Assembly: GCA_021847575.1 (NCBI GenBank)
Contig: JAJZQO010000005.1
Span: forward strand, 27,745-91,744
From: Bacillota bacterium
Lineage (GTDB): Bacteria; Bacillota; Sulfobacillia; JAJZYS01; JAJYTV01
Direction of reading: 5' to 3'
DNA length: 64,000 nt
The position numbers and the translations under genes were made by a program. Below are positions 10,220 to 19,291 of this stretch, in pieces. How positions within the stretch are numbered: the stretch's first letter is position 1; every line of letters starts with the position of its first letter. The notes below the pieces were generated by a model that was given only the letters and a program-made list of their open reading frames with translations, was not told the DNA's origin and did not search any database.

Positions 10220-11115
10220 GTTCTCACTTCCCTTTCACGCTGTCTCGGAACTTGGGAATAGTGGAAGGGGCCGCACTGTGCAATGATGCACGCTCGTTGC
10301 GGCGTCAGGCGGCGTCGCGGTCAGGTTCGGGCGAATTCCGCGCGGAGCTCGCTTCCCTGCGGGAACTGCTGGTTAAGGCCATGGGTCCCTTCGTCCAGTG
10401 CCCTAACGGCGGGCGTCCGGCGGAACGCATGAAGCTCTCGATGATCGCCAGCGAATCCACGGGTGACCCTGGCAGTCGGCTCTGCCGATGCGGGCTCGCG
10501 CCCGTCTATGGACGCGATGGGCTCAGAGTGTCCCCGGAGAGGCCGTAAGTTTGTGGTGTCCGTACGCCTGTGGCTGGTTCCCGCGCAGTGCGAAGGTTGG
10601 GACACGGCAGCGTCGTCAAGACAGCTTGGACAACGTGGCGACGCGCGCGCCGGCACCGTGAGATCTCTGGAACGCCATCTCTATCGTAGAACGTCGACGG
10701 CGCGTTGACGCCGCTCATAGGGAACCATGTTCCGTGTCCGAGCGGGGCTCGGCGTGCACCACGCAAACCTGCACAGAACGTCGGTGGCCGCAATAGCCTT
10801 CCAGGTCCTGTCGAGGCGGACTCCACCGGGGCGCATCACCGTCTGTCCCACCTCCCTCTCGGCCCGGTTCAAATGCTCCGCAAGATAGCCGACCGCTTGG
10901 GCGAGGGCTCAAGCTGGGAGGCAGGCTCGACGTGGACTTCCACTGAATACCTGCCTGCGCTTAGGGAGATTGTCAGTCGCCTCGGCGGCCCGAGCCTCGA
11001 GGCTGACGGCATCCCTTGTGCCGCCGACGTCGGACCGCCGCTTGCCGGAAGGCGTCGCAAAGCCCCTGGCTTCCGCCATACTTCAGCCGTGGGGAGCGCG
11101 TCCAACTTGCGGCGA

Positions 11116-12147
11116 TTACGTGAGCCAGTAGCGCTGCAACTTCGCAGATTGGAACGGGAGGCGCAGTTTGCGCAGTGCCACCGCCTCAACCTGCCTGACA
11201 CGTTCACGCGTCACGCCAAACACGTGCCCAACTTCCTCGAGCGTACGCGCAGATCCACCATCGAGCCCGAAGCGCAATTCGAGCACACGCCGCTCGCGCG
11301 GTCCCAATGCGAGGAGCACCTCTGCGAGCTGCTCGCGCAGCAGATGGTAGCTCGCTACCTCGAGGGGCGTCGGCGCCTCCTCGTCCTGAATCAAGTCGCC
11401 GAGGCAGGAGCCCTCGCCGATCGGCATCTCCAGCGACACAGGTTGCTGCCCCACTTTTTGGATCTCGCGCACACGATCCGCGGAAACCTGCATGGCCTGT
11501 GCGATCTCCACCAGGGTCGGATCACGGCCGAACTCCTGCCGGAAATGGCGCTGCACCCTGGCCAGCTTCTGAATCTTCTCCACGATGTGCACAGGCACAC
11601 GAATGGTGCGCGCCTGACCTGCGAGTGCTCGCGTGATGGCCTGACGGATCCACCAGGTCGCATAGGTCGAAAACTTGTTGCCCCTGCGATAGTCAAACTT
11701 TGCGACGGCTTTGAGGAGACCCAAGTTCCCCTCCTGAATCAGGTCCAGGGTAGGCATGCCCTTGCCGGCGTAACGCTTTGCAATGCTGACAACGAGTCTG
11801 AGGTTCGCCTCGGTGAAACGCCGCTTCGCCTCTTCGTCGCCACCTTCGATACGGCGGGCAAGATCCACTTCGTCCTTGGCTGTGAGCAAGCGCACACGGC
11901 CAATCTCCTTGAGGTATACGTGCAGAGGGTCATCGAGTTCCATTATCGAGGAAGCGCGAGCGCCCTTGCCAACTTCGGATTCAGGCAGGTAGTCCTCGCT
12001 AAGCGTTGCCACCTCGAGATCCGCCAACCGATGGATGACGTCCAGATTCTGGCGTGCTGAAGCCTTTGTCCGCGGCGTCTGCCCGAGAGCTCCCCAGGTG
12101 CGATTTCGACTGTCGACACCGCTGCTGGCTTCCTGCTCCTGATTCAT
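11116..12147 (-). CDS. RpoD-family (sigma-70 group 1/2-like) RNA polymerase sigma factor, an extra non-housekeeping copy
   Basis: 343 aa with region 1.2 ([15 protein letters not shown]), 2.x ([41 protein letters not shown]), region 3 and region 4.2 HTH ([28 protein letters not shown]). ATG preceded by GGGGGGTGAAGT. Confidence 0.85.
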   Translation of the reverse strand: MNQEQEASSGVDSRNRTWGALGQTPRTKASARQNLDVIHRLADLEVATLSEDYLPESEVGKGARASSIMELDDPLHVYLKEIGRVRLLTAKDEVDLARRIEGGDEEAKRRFTEANLRLVVSIAKRYAGKGMPTLDLIQEGNLGLLKAVAKFDYRRGNKFSTYATWWIRQAITRALAGQARTIRVPVHIVEKIQKLARVQRHFRQEFGRDPTLVEIAQAMQVSADRVREIQKVGQQPVSLEMPIGEGSCLGDLIQDEEAPTPLEVASYHLLREQLAEVLLALGPRERRVLELRFGLDGGSARTLEEVGHVFGVTRERVRQVEAVALRKLRLPFQSAKLQRYWLT

Positions 12148-12406
12148 ACTTCACCCCCCGGCCCGAAGGCCGTCCTTCCGTGTCGCGGCAGATATGTGCA
12201 AGTACGGCGGTGCGCCATTGCCGGGGTGAGCCTTCCGAAAACCGCAGCGCGGGGAAGCGAGGCAGTTGAGCGGTTCGTGATCATGCACGCCCGAGTCGCG
12301 GCCGTGGCGCGGCGACATGGCCGATCTGCGGCGCAAGGCAGAGTGCCGGCTGCGCTGCGTGCGGCGCGCGAATAGACCGACGCGACAGGCGTGTTGACGG
12401 AGCGGG

Positions 12407-12580
12407 TTAGTGCATCCATAGCACGACACCCGCGATCAGCATGAGGAAACTCACCAAGAGGCCTGCGTAGCCGTCACGGGTTCTCTCATTGCGCGCGACC
12501 GCGTGCGACGGCAGATCCGTGTCGTTACGCTCGGAGGTGGCCAGTCTCATTTCGCGTTGGGGCAGGTTGTCACTTGCCAT
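12407..12580 (-). CDS. Small C-terminally membrane-anchored protein (about 57 aa, hypothetical)
   Basis: Good SD (AAAGGAGCC then 9 nt then ATG). Single C-terminal TM helix GYAGLLVSFLMLIAGVVLW. Sits 260 bp upstream of the sigma gene. No homology recognised. Confidence 0.35.
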   Translation of the reverse strand: MASDNLPQREMRLATSERNDTDLPSHAVARNERTRDGYAGLLVSFLMLIAGVVLWMH

Positions 12581-13493
12581 TGCTTGCGGCTCCTTTCGCA
12601 ACCCGAGCGCAGGCCCTTGGACAGTGCGTGCACTGCGCTAATGACGTCGATCGGGTGGACAGGTGCATGGGTTCGGGACCATGAGGACTTTTCCACCCAG
12701 CGTCGGCAGCACAATAAGTTGGCGGGAACCGCCATGGCACCTTGGCTGCCTTGGTTCAGCCCTTGGGTGTCGTGATGCGGAGCAAATCACGGTGGCCAGC
12801 CGCACGCCAGGCGATCAGGCGCAACGCTTGCGGGTCGTTGCCGCTTCTCGCGCGGTTCCATCTCTGATCCGCGGGATGCTCCGCTGGACGGACGACGACG
12901 AGATAGGAGGGCCGCCGTCTTGCCCTACGACGGGAGGAATGAGGAGGGTGCACGGTAGAGCGCTTTGTTGCGGCATGCAGCATAGAAATCAGTAGAACAT
13001 AAGTTCCTAGAGAAGCGGCGAGTATGACATATATCTGCAACACGTTTTGAAGTTCTACCCTTCCCACATAGATCACTCCTATATATTGAATTTTGGACAT
13101 AAAACGTCACTGGGTGCTCGCAAGTCTAAACATGTCACCGCCACAGTGAGTCAAACCGCCGTTTGCCTCCGATACTTTTCGGAAGTTGCGTGCTAGGGCC
13201 ATCGTAAAGCAATGCCTCACATTGCACAGCGCTCTTCGAGCACCATGTTTCGAACCCTGGACGGGGGCTCTTCAAGAACGATAGGGAAGCTATTGGGCGG
13301 GGCTCGGCAATGCAGCGCCGGCACGACGCGCGACCGGCCGCCGCGGCCAAGACATCATCGCCGCAATCGACTGCACATCCCTCACTGGGTGCGAGAGCGC
13401 ACCCCAGTTGCCTATAGCGTCGTATAGCGATCCAAACGTCTCGATGTCTCCGTAACCTCGCTGCAACTGGGATTTGTATGGGGACCGGACCCC

Positions 13494-15542
13494 TCACCTG
13501 GTCCGACTTGCCGCCTGCATACGCGAAGCTGGCAGATTCCGAGACTGCTCGCCGGTCGGTGCCGGCACGACCACCGTAAATGAGACGGGACCGGACTGAG
13601 CCTTTGCGGCCGTCTCGCTCCAGGCTGTGACGACCGCTTTGTAGGTCACGGGCAACCCTGTCGTGTTGGCCGGAGCGGTCCAAGTCCCGCTCCACCGATC
13701 GGTCCCGCGCCAATGCAGCTGGATCACGTTGCCGATCGCCTGCCCCTGTGCGTTCTCGATCTGTGCCTCCACAGGGGATTTGCCGTCGGGACCGTTGTTG
13801 TTGAAGCCGTTGTCGTAGGTCACGCCGGCGGGGGAGGGCTGCGCGGTGATGGTCACCCGAGAACCGCTGGGCACTTCAGCCTTTGGGACTGCAGCAGCCG
13901 CAGTGTACGGCTCAGACACGAAGGCGATGAGTGCGGGCAGGCCATGCGGGTCCGAGTTGGTCCAGCCGATAAGCCAGGCGTTTGCCCCCCCGCTTGGCTC
14001 GAAGCTGACATCGGCCGTACCTGGAGGCGTGGAGATCGCCTGGTTGTAGGTGCCACCGCCAGCGCCGGTGAAGATCGATCCGGTGCCGTACAGGTAGATG
14101 TTGCCTTCGGCGTTCGATACGACGACCGTTGGATGCCCGTTCATGTCGACCATGGATGTAGGCGAATCTACGCCAGGGCCAAACTGCGAGGTTGGATCCG
14201 AGAGGGGCACCAGAGTTGCAGGGTTGAGGGCGCTGAATAGCCCGCCGCCGTCGCCGATAGCCCAGAGCGTCTGCCCGGTGGAATCCGTCAGCACGGACAT
14301 ATCCTTGCCCGTAATCGGCTTGCTGCTGTTGACCCACGATGGATCGGTGCCGCCACCCGGAATACCTCCGGAATACGTACCAAGAAGTTGTCCTGAAAGG
14401 CTGAAGGAATAGATCTTGCCATACTCATCCTGAACAATGAGGTTGTTTGATCCCGTGCTGTCATACAGCAGCGGGGTTGTAACCGGTGCGCCGATCTGTC
14501 CGGCACCGATGGCCCGCCAGCGGCTGTTCGTGACGTTGAACAGGATCACGCGCGGGTGCGCGCCGGCGACCCCGAAAGCAACACAGGCCACCCCTACCGA
14601 ACAGGCCCCGATCCACGTCGGGTCGGATGTCAGGGTAGCGACCGAGTGCACATAATCTTGGGACGTCGCGTAGCGTTGCGCCCGAGGTGAGTATCCAGGC
14701 GGCACATACGTAGGCCACGCGATCAGCCCGCCGCTGCGGGAGCCAACGACCGCGACAGGAGACGACCACGTTGTCTGGCCGCCGGAGGCGTCGAGGCCCG
14801 AGACCGTGACGGGTGGCGTGATCAGCGGGCTCTCGTCGACGCTGCTATCTGTGCTGGCCGGGTTCCCTTGGATCAACTGCCCCTTGGGTGGCGATCCTGT
14901 CTGCGGGTAGCTCCCAGCGGACCACGTGTAGAGGCGCTGGCCGACGGCGATCGCTTGATAGGTCGTCGCATATGGCGCGCCGTCGGTGGCGTAGGGTCCA
15001 GTCGAGAGCGAGTCGCGTCCTTGAGCCGCATTGGACCCGCCAGGCGTGAAGCCTGCGTTGAAGGTGATCGGTGGCATTGCATAGGTTGCGTGCGTCAATA
15101 CGTAGGGGGTCGAGCCGCTGTGCCGCACAATCTGGGTGTAGTTCACGTTTGACAGACTTATCGCATAGAGGTGTCCATAACCTGCGGTGTCCCAGGTATA
15201 TTGGTAAACGGTACCATCGGCGACCGTTGGCATGGAAGAGGACTGCTGGCCCCGCGGCAACTCAATGTATACGGGTACGTTCAGGTAGATCTGAGAATTC
15301 CCATGGAGCATTCGCATCTGATTTCCGGCATTGTCGTATACCGAAACATCCGCGGTCGTCATATGGGGGGCCGCGAGGGTCAGCAGCGCGGCGATGGTGA
15401 CAACCACCGCAACGGCACGCCAGCGCCTCCGGCGGGCGTTCCTGCTGGCTCCCGCAGAGTCCGCGGCCGCGAGCGCCAGGGGCACCCAAGCAGGGTTAAT
15501 CGAGCTGGCCGAAATGCGAGCGAGAATCCGACGAAGTACCAT
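13494..15542 (-). CDS. Large secreted or membrane-anchored Gly/Thr/Ser-rich repeat protein (beta-propeller-like repeats plus C-terminal Ig-like region), hypothetical
   Basis: 682 aa. N-terminal Arg-rich n-region followed by a hydrophobic stretch (RRRRWRAVAVVVTIAALLTLAAP). Repeated short beta-strand motifs (G-x-IY-x-Y, LLYDSTGSNNLIV, VVSNAEGNIYLYG). SD AAAGGGG 7 nt before the ATG. No catalytic motif recognised. Confidence 0.6.
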   Translation of the reverse strand: MVLRRILARISASSINPAWVPLALAAADSAGASRNARRRRWRAVAVVVTIAALLTLAAPHMTTADVSVYDNAGNQMRMLHGNSQIYLNVPVYIELPRGQQSSSMPTVADGTVYQYTWDTAGYGHLYAISLSNVNYTQIVRHSGSTPYVLTHATYAMPPITFNAGFTPGGSNAAQGRDSLSTGPYATDGAPYATTYQAIAVGQRLYTWSAGSYPQTGSPPKGQLIQGNPASTDSSVDESPLITPPVTVSGLDASGGQTTWSSPVAVVGSRSGGLIAWPTYVPPGYSPRAQRYATSQDYVHSVATLTSDPTWIGACSVGVACVAFGVAGAHPRVILFNVTNSRWRAIGAGQIGAPVTTPLLYDSTGSNNLIVQDEYGKIYSFSLSGQLLGTYSGGIPGGGTDPSWVNSSKPITGKDMSVLTDSTGQTLWAIGDGGGLFSALNPATLVPLSDPTSQFGPGVDSPTSMVDMNGHPTVVVSNAEGNIYLYGTGSIFTGAGGGTYNQAISTPPGTADVSFEPSGGANAWLIGWTNSDPHGLPALIAFVSEPYTAAAAVPKAEVPSGSRVTITAQPSPAGVTYDNGFNNNGPDGKSPVEAQIENAQGQAIGNVIQLHWRGTDRWSGTWTAPANTTGLPVTYKAVVTAWSETAAKAQSGPVSFTVVVPAPTGEQSRNLPASRMQAASRTR

Positions 15543-15937
15543 GTGCTGCCCCTTTACCGTGACGCGATTGCGCTGTCATCAGATCTGCAGTGCGGCACAA
15601 GCTCTCGATCGAGCCGATCCGTGGACACGTTGCCGAGGAGCGTGCCGTCGTGCCGCGGGTTTGCGGTGGTGATACGCCCTGCGCCAGGCGACCCGGGTAT
15701 GGGCCGCCTGCGGCGGCCCGCCCGGGTGTCCTTTGCATCAGGCCCAAACGAAGAAGCAGCCCAAGCAATCGGAGTGACGGCTCGCATAGACCGGATGTTC
15801 CTCACGTCCTCGGCGGAGCTGCTTTGCGCCGAAATTCCACAAGGCTTAGTACCGTAACGGCCCTAACGAGACCCACGTGTGCCCAAGCGATAAGCTCTTG
15901 CGTTCGGGGCTGCGAGAGGTCCCGAGCCAGAAACGCC

Positions 15938-16402
15938 CTATGACAAGCCGTTTGGCCGAGTAATGGTCACGAGTTTCACGAGTCCCCAGGCTACGAGAGC
16001 GTACACGGCGATCGCCACAAGTGTGAACACCTCCACGGTGGAGGCACCATAGGTGGGCGTGTAGCCGAACAGGTTGAAGAAAGGCGACACCAAGGGCGTT
16101 GTCACGTTATAGATCAGTTGTGCGAAAGCATTGGTGATGTTGGCACCGAGCAGGGCCAGCACGAACCGAAAGGCGAGCAGGATCGAGACCAGCCCGCCGA
16201 CGTACCAGATCACCCTGCTGACCAAGGTAGGGACCGACGACGGCGCGGCCAGCGAATCACCCGACTGCCTCGGCCGTGCCTGCACCTGTGGTTTCCAATC
16301 GGTGGCGGCGGGTTGGTGGTCCTGGTTGGCGGCGCTTTCGGGCATATTGTCACCAAGCAGGGGAGTGGGGGCCGACTTCACCGGCGGTTGTTCGATCGGC
16401 AT
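15938..16402 (-). CDS. Membrane protein with a Pro/Gln-rich N-terminus and a YggT-like two-helix C-terminal domain
   Basis: SD GGAGGAAGG, 154 aa. The C-terminal 100 aa (SRVIWYVGGLVSILLAFRFVLALLG ... TPLVSPFFNLFG) resembles the YggT/Ycf19 fold. It is located outside any dcw cluster. Confidence 0.5.
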   Translation of the reverse strand: MPIEQPPVKSAPTPLLGDNMPESAANQDHQPAATDWKPQVQARPRQSGDSLAAPSSVPTLVSRVIWYVGGLVSILLAFRFVLALLGANITNAFAQLIYNVTTPLVSPFFNLFGYTPTYGASTVEVFTLVAIAVYALVAWGLVKLVTITRPNGLS

Positions 16403-16679
16403 GGACCTCGCCTTCCTCCATTGCTACCTCAGCGAAAGCGCGCCATTTCGCATGGCGATGGGGTTGACACGACAGGGAATGCCTTGTGCGTCTGGCCACT
16501 TGTCGCCGCGCCCCGCACGGGCGTCGACCTGGCGCTGGAACATCCTTTGGCGGCCATAAGTTCTGGGAGCGACCACATTGCGACTCCAGCCGCACACAGC
16601 ACGCCGCGCATGCTCGTCATGATGGTCAATCTCGGTGAAACCTTGGTGCGGAGCAGCATGCGAAGTGGTGTTCGAGGGG

Positions 16680-16720
16680 AGAGGGCGGGGGCGGATCGTT
16701 GACCGGGTACGCCCCCGCGT
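16680..16720 (-). terminator. Hairpin 3' of His-rich gene B
   Basis: Perfect inverted repeat GCGGGGGCG ... CGCCCCCGC (9-bp stem, about 16-nt loop) begins about 10 nt after the stop at 16730. Confidence 0.45.
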
Positions 16721-16729
16721 CCGCTTGTG

Positions 16730-16948
16730 CTAGGCCTTGACTGACTTGTGGTCGACGTAAGCCTTGGCGGCCTCCGTGCCATGGTGCGACGCCAACATCG
16801 CGTGAGCGTAGGCATGATGCGCTTCTTGCGCCGCCGCCGCGAGGTTGTCCTTCGCGTAGTGCACAGCCGACTGCTCGTGATGCTTGGCCGCTTCCTTGTG
16901 GTGCTCAGCTGCCTGGCGGTGATGCGCTGCTGCTGGATGCTCCGGCAT
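16730..16948 (-). CDS. Small histidine-rich helical protein, paralog B (unknown family); probably co-transcribed with the upstream Asp23 gene
   Basis: 72-75 aa (MPEHPAAAHHRQAAEHHKEAAKHHEQSAVHY ... EAHHAYAHAMLASHHGTEAAKAY). Strong SD GGGAGGTG 11 nt before ATG 16948; there is an alternative GTG at 16957. Has a terminator hairpin downstream. Confidence 0.55.
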   Translation of the reverse strand: MPEHPAAAHHRQAAEHHKEAAKHHEQSAVHYAKDNLAAAAQEAHHAYAHAMLASHHGTEAAKAYVDHKSVKA

Positions 16949-17096
16949 TTTCGACACACCTCCCTCGCTAAGACAGACTTCTTATGTTAACCGAGCTGCT
17001 TCAGCTGCCGAATTGCCACAAACAGCTTCAGCAGTCGGATGTCTTCAAAGCTTCTCTGAATGTTGCGCTTGGGCGAGAGGGGCAACTGCCGGATTC

Positions 17097-17462
17097 CTAC
17101 AGGGCAGTCTTCTCGGTCGCCTTGCTCCCTGTCTCCCGTGCATCCGCAATCTTGGTCACGTCGACGTTCACGACCGCACTTTCGATGCCGAGGTTGCTGG
17201 CCAGGGATGTCTTGACCGCGTCCTGCACCTCGCGCACGGCGTCAGGCAGGAACACGTTGTGCGGCATGTTGAGCTCGACATCGACGACGAGCGTCTTGTC
17301 CTGGCCCTCCTTGATCCGGATGGCGCTGCCCAGTAGGAACTTCCGGTTGACGGTGGTGTCGCTGTCACCGACTTCCCCGATCGCACGTTCCACTGCCGAG
17401 CGCACGGCGCTCTCCTCGATCGCCATCTCGCCTACCTCGTTGCCCTTCAACTTGATGTTCAC
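17097..17462 (-). CDS. Asp23/Gls24-family (DUF322) alkaline-shock / general-stress protein
   Basis: 121 aa with V/E-rich low-hydrophobicity composition and family-typical segments (IAIEESAV ... VNRKFLLGSAIRIKEGQDKTLVVDVEL ... SAVVNVDV). Confidence 0.7.
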   Translation of the reverse strand: MNIKLKGNEVGEMAIEESAVRSAVERAIGEVGDSDTTVNRKFLLGSAIRIKEGQDKTLVVDVELNMPHNVFLPDAVREVQDAVKTSLASNLGIESAVVNVDVTKIADARETGSKATEKTAL

Positions 17463-18383
17463 CTGTGTACCACACCCCTTGATTCTGTTTTGCGCCTCAA
17501 GCGAGTGCGAGTCGTCCAGCTCTCGCGACTACGGGTTCGGCACCTTGGGGCCGTCCATATGCAGGACTCCCGACGGTGCTCCCAGTGCGCAGCGGCAATG
17601 ACCCCTGCACACCCAGAAGCTGCCTGTCCCCGACGCGACGTCGGACTTGCTGCGACCGGCTCCTTCGCCTGCATTACCATCGTATATCGGGGCAGGAGGA
17701 CTGACGCCGCTCCGCAGGAGCCATGTTTGGAGCCGGCGATGGCTCTGCTAGAACCCCCTGGAGCACTGGCTCCCTGGGGGGCTCAGACAACCGGATGCCG
17801 CTGCCAGGGCTTATATTGCGGGCACTTTGGACGGGCAGACGCCCAGGCCATACGGAGTTCCTGGGTTATGCGGAGCCAACCCCTTCGCCCTTGGGAACGC
17901 GAAGGCTTGAGAAGATCACTTTCCTGGGCACCTACAGGTCGCTGCTGAATCGGCCTGCATCCCGCGGGTCGAGGGGGGAGGGCAGCAACGTTCCGACAGG
18001 TGCGGGCCGTGTGCGGGCTTTCTGGGCCCGGCGCCGTGGCCATGTCTCGGATCCTCTGGGAGCGTGGCCGTGGCGGGTGCGGAGACTCGGGTCCCGAAGC
18101 GATGCGAAACCCCTTGGCGCTGGCCCGCGTCGTGTGTGCTCAGGTTTTGCAGGTGTTTTTCGAGCACTTCGAGAAGAGAAAATAGACAATTAGTGCAAAC
18201 CCCATAGGGTACCCCGATCGAGGCGCAACTAGATCGCTCCAGGTTTGGGTTGGAGTGTTGAACGGCCTTTGGCTACGGCCACACCACCGTGGGGCTATTT
18301 TGTATTCTCCTAACTTAAATCGCCTACCCAGAGAGCGCGGATTCCATCAGGTGGCAGTACGTCGCCCGGATTAGGCCTGTAAG

Positions 18384-19067
18384 GTGGTGGGTGATGTGTC
18401 AACCAAAAAGACCTCGGTTCTGCTCCTTGGCGACTCGCCAATCATGGCGGCCGGGCTGCAGCAGGTCCTGGACGCAGCGGCCAGATTTGCTGTGGTGGGG
18501 TTCTGCGCCTCCGAGGCGGACGCGCGCGATGTGGTGCGGCAGAAGCCTGTTGAAGTGATGATCATGGACGTTCACGGTTCAGTCGACAACCGCCTGACGC
18601 TGCTGCGGGAGATCAAGGTCGATCGGCCGCACGTACGGGTCGTGGTCATGGCCGACGTACTGAATGCGGCGGAAACGGCGGAGATTGTGATGGCGGGGGC
18701 CGACGGTCTCCTCGATGCAGCTATTTCCCCAGATGCCTTGGTGGCCGTCTTGAATCTGTTGGACGACGGAGTCAAGTTCGTCACGAGCCACAGTTTGTGG
18801 CCGACCATGATGCAGGCGCTCTCCCTTCACGAGGACCGGGCCGATGATCACGGACAGAACCTGACGCGACGCGAGAATGACGTCTTCGACCTGCTCCGCG
18901 ACGGACTCACCGATCGGGAGATTGCCGAAGTTCTGACATTGTCGCTTTGGACTGTTAAGCATCATGTCGTCAACATATTGCGCAAGCTTGATATGACCAG
19001 CAGACGCGAAGCGGTCAAAAACCGGTCGACGGTGCGCTTAAGGGAGTCTCAACATCCTGACGAGTAG
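18384..19067 (+). CDS. NarL/FixJ-type response regulator with LuxR-family HTH and an atypical receiver (orphan, no adjacent kinase)
   Basis: C-terminal LuxR HTH (LTRRENDVFDLLRDGLTDREIAEVLTLSLWTVKHHVVNILRKL). The receiver has the phospho-acceptor Asp (VMIMDV), but the N-terminal acidic pair is GD rather than DD. The likely start is GTG 18396 after AAGGTGG. Confidence 0.8.
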   Translation: MVGDVSTKKTSVLLLGDSPIMAAGLQQVLDAAARFAVVGFCASEADARDVVRQKPVEVMIMDVHGSVDNRLTLLREIKVDRPHVRVVVMADVLNAAETAEIVMAGADGLLDAAISPDALVAVLNLLDDGVKFVTSHSLWPTMMQALSLHEDRADDHGQNLTRRENDVFDLLRDGLTDREIAEVLTLSLWTVKHHVVNILRKLDMTSRREAVKNRSTVRLRESQHPDE

Positions 19068-19291
19068 CTGAACATTTGGCCGTTACCGAGTTCGCTTGTT
19101 GTGTAGATGGGCACGGTGCAGGCTTGTGAGGGCAGCGCGATCCGACTGGGCTCGGATCAAAGTCTGACACGCCCCTGTGCGGCGCTGCGCGAATGCGAGC
19201 GGCCGCCAGGCAGCTGGCTCCATAATCCCGTACGCAAACGCTCGAGTGACGCGGCCAGGTTTTTGGTCCGCCGTGCTCTTGCCGGGCTGCG

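Noticed and set aside
10705-12060. 451-aa plus-strand ORF across the sigma-factor locus
   Set aside because: It is the antisense frame of the RpoD-family sigma gene. It has no SD and no family resemblance.
13020-13060. FRT-like GAAGTTCCTA / GAAGTTC strings
   Set aside because: The similarity to the yeast FLP target is superficial and short, and no recombinase gene is nearby. It is treated only as part of the inverted-repeat observation.
12756-13100. 114-aa minus-strand ORF whose N-terminus is encoded by the AT-rich segment
   Set aside because: Its N-terminal codons are AT-rich and atypical for this genome, it has no SD, and the rest is low-complexity. It is kept only as a possibility inside the AT-rich-segment finding.
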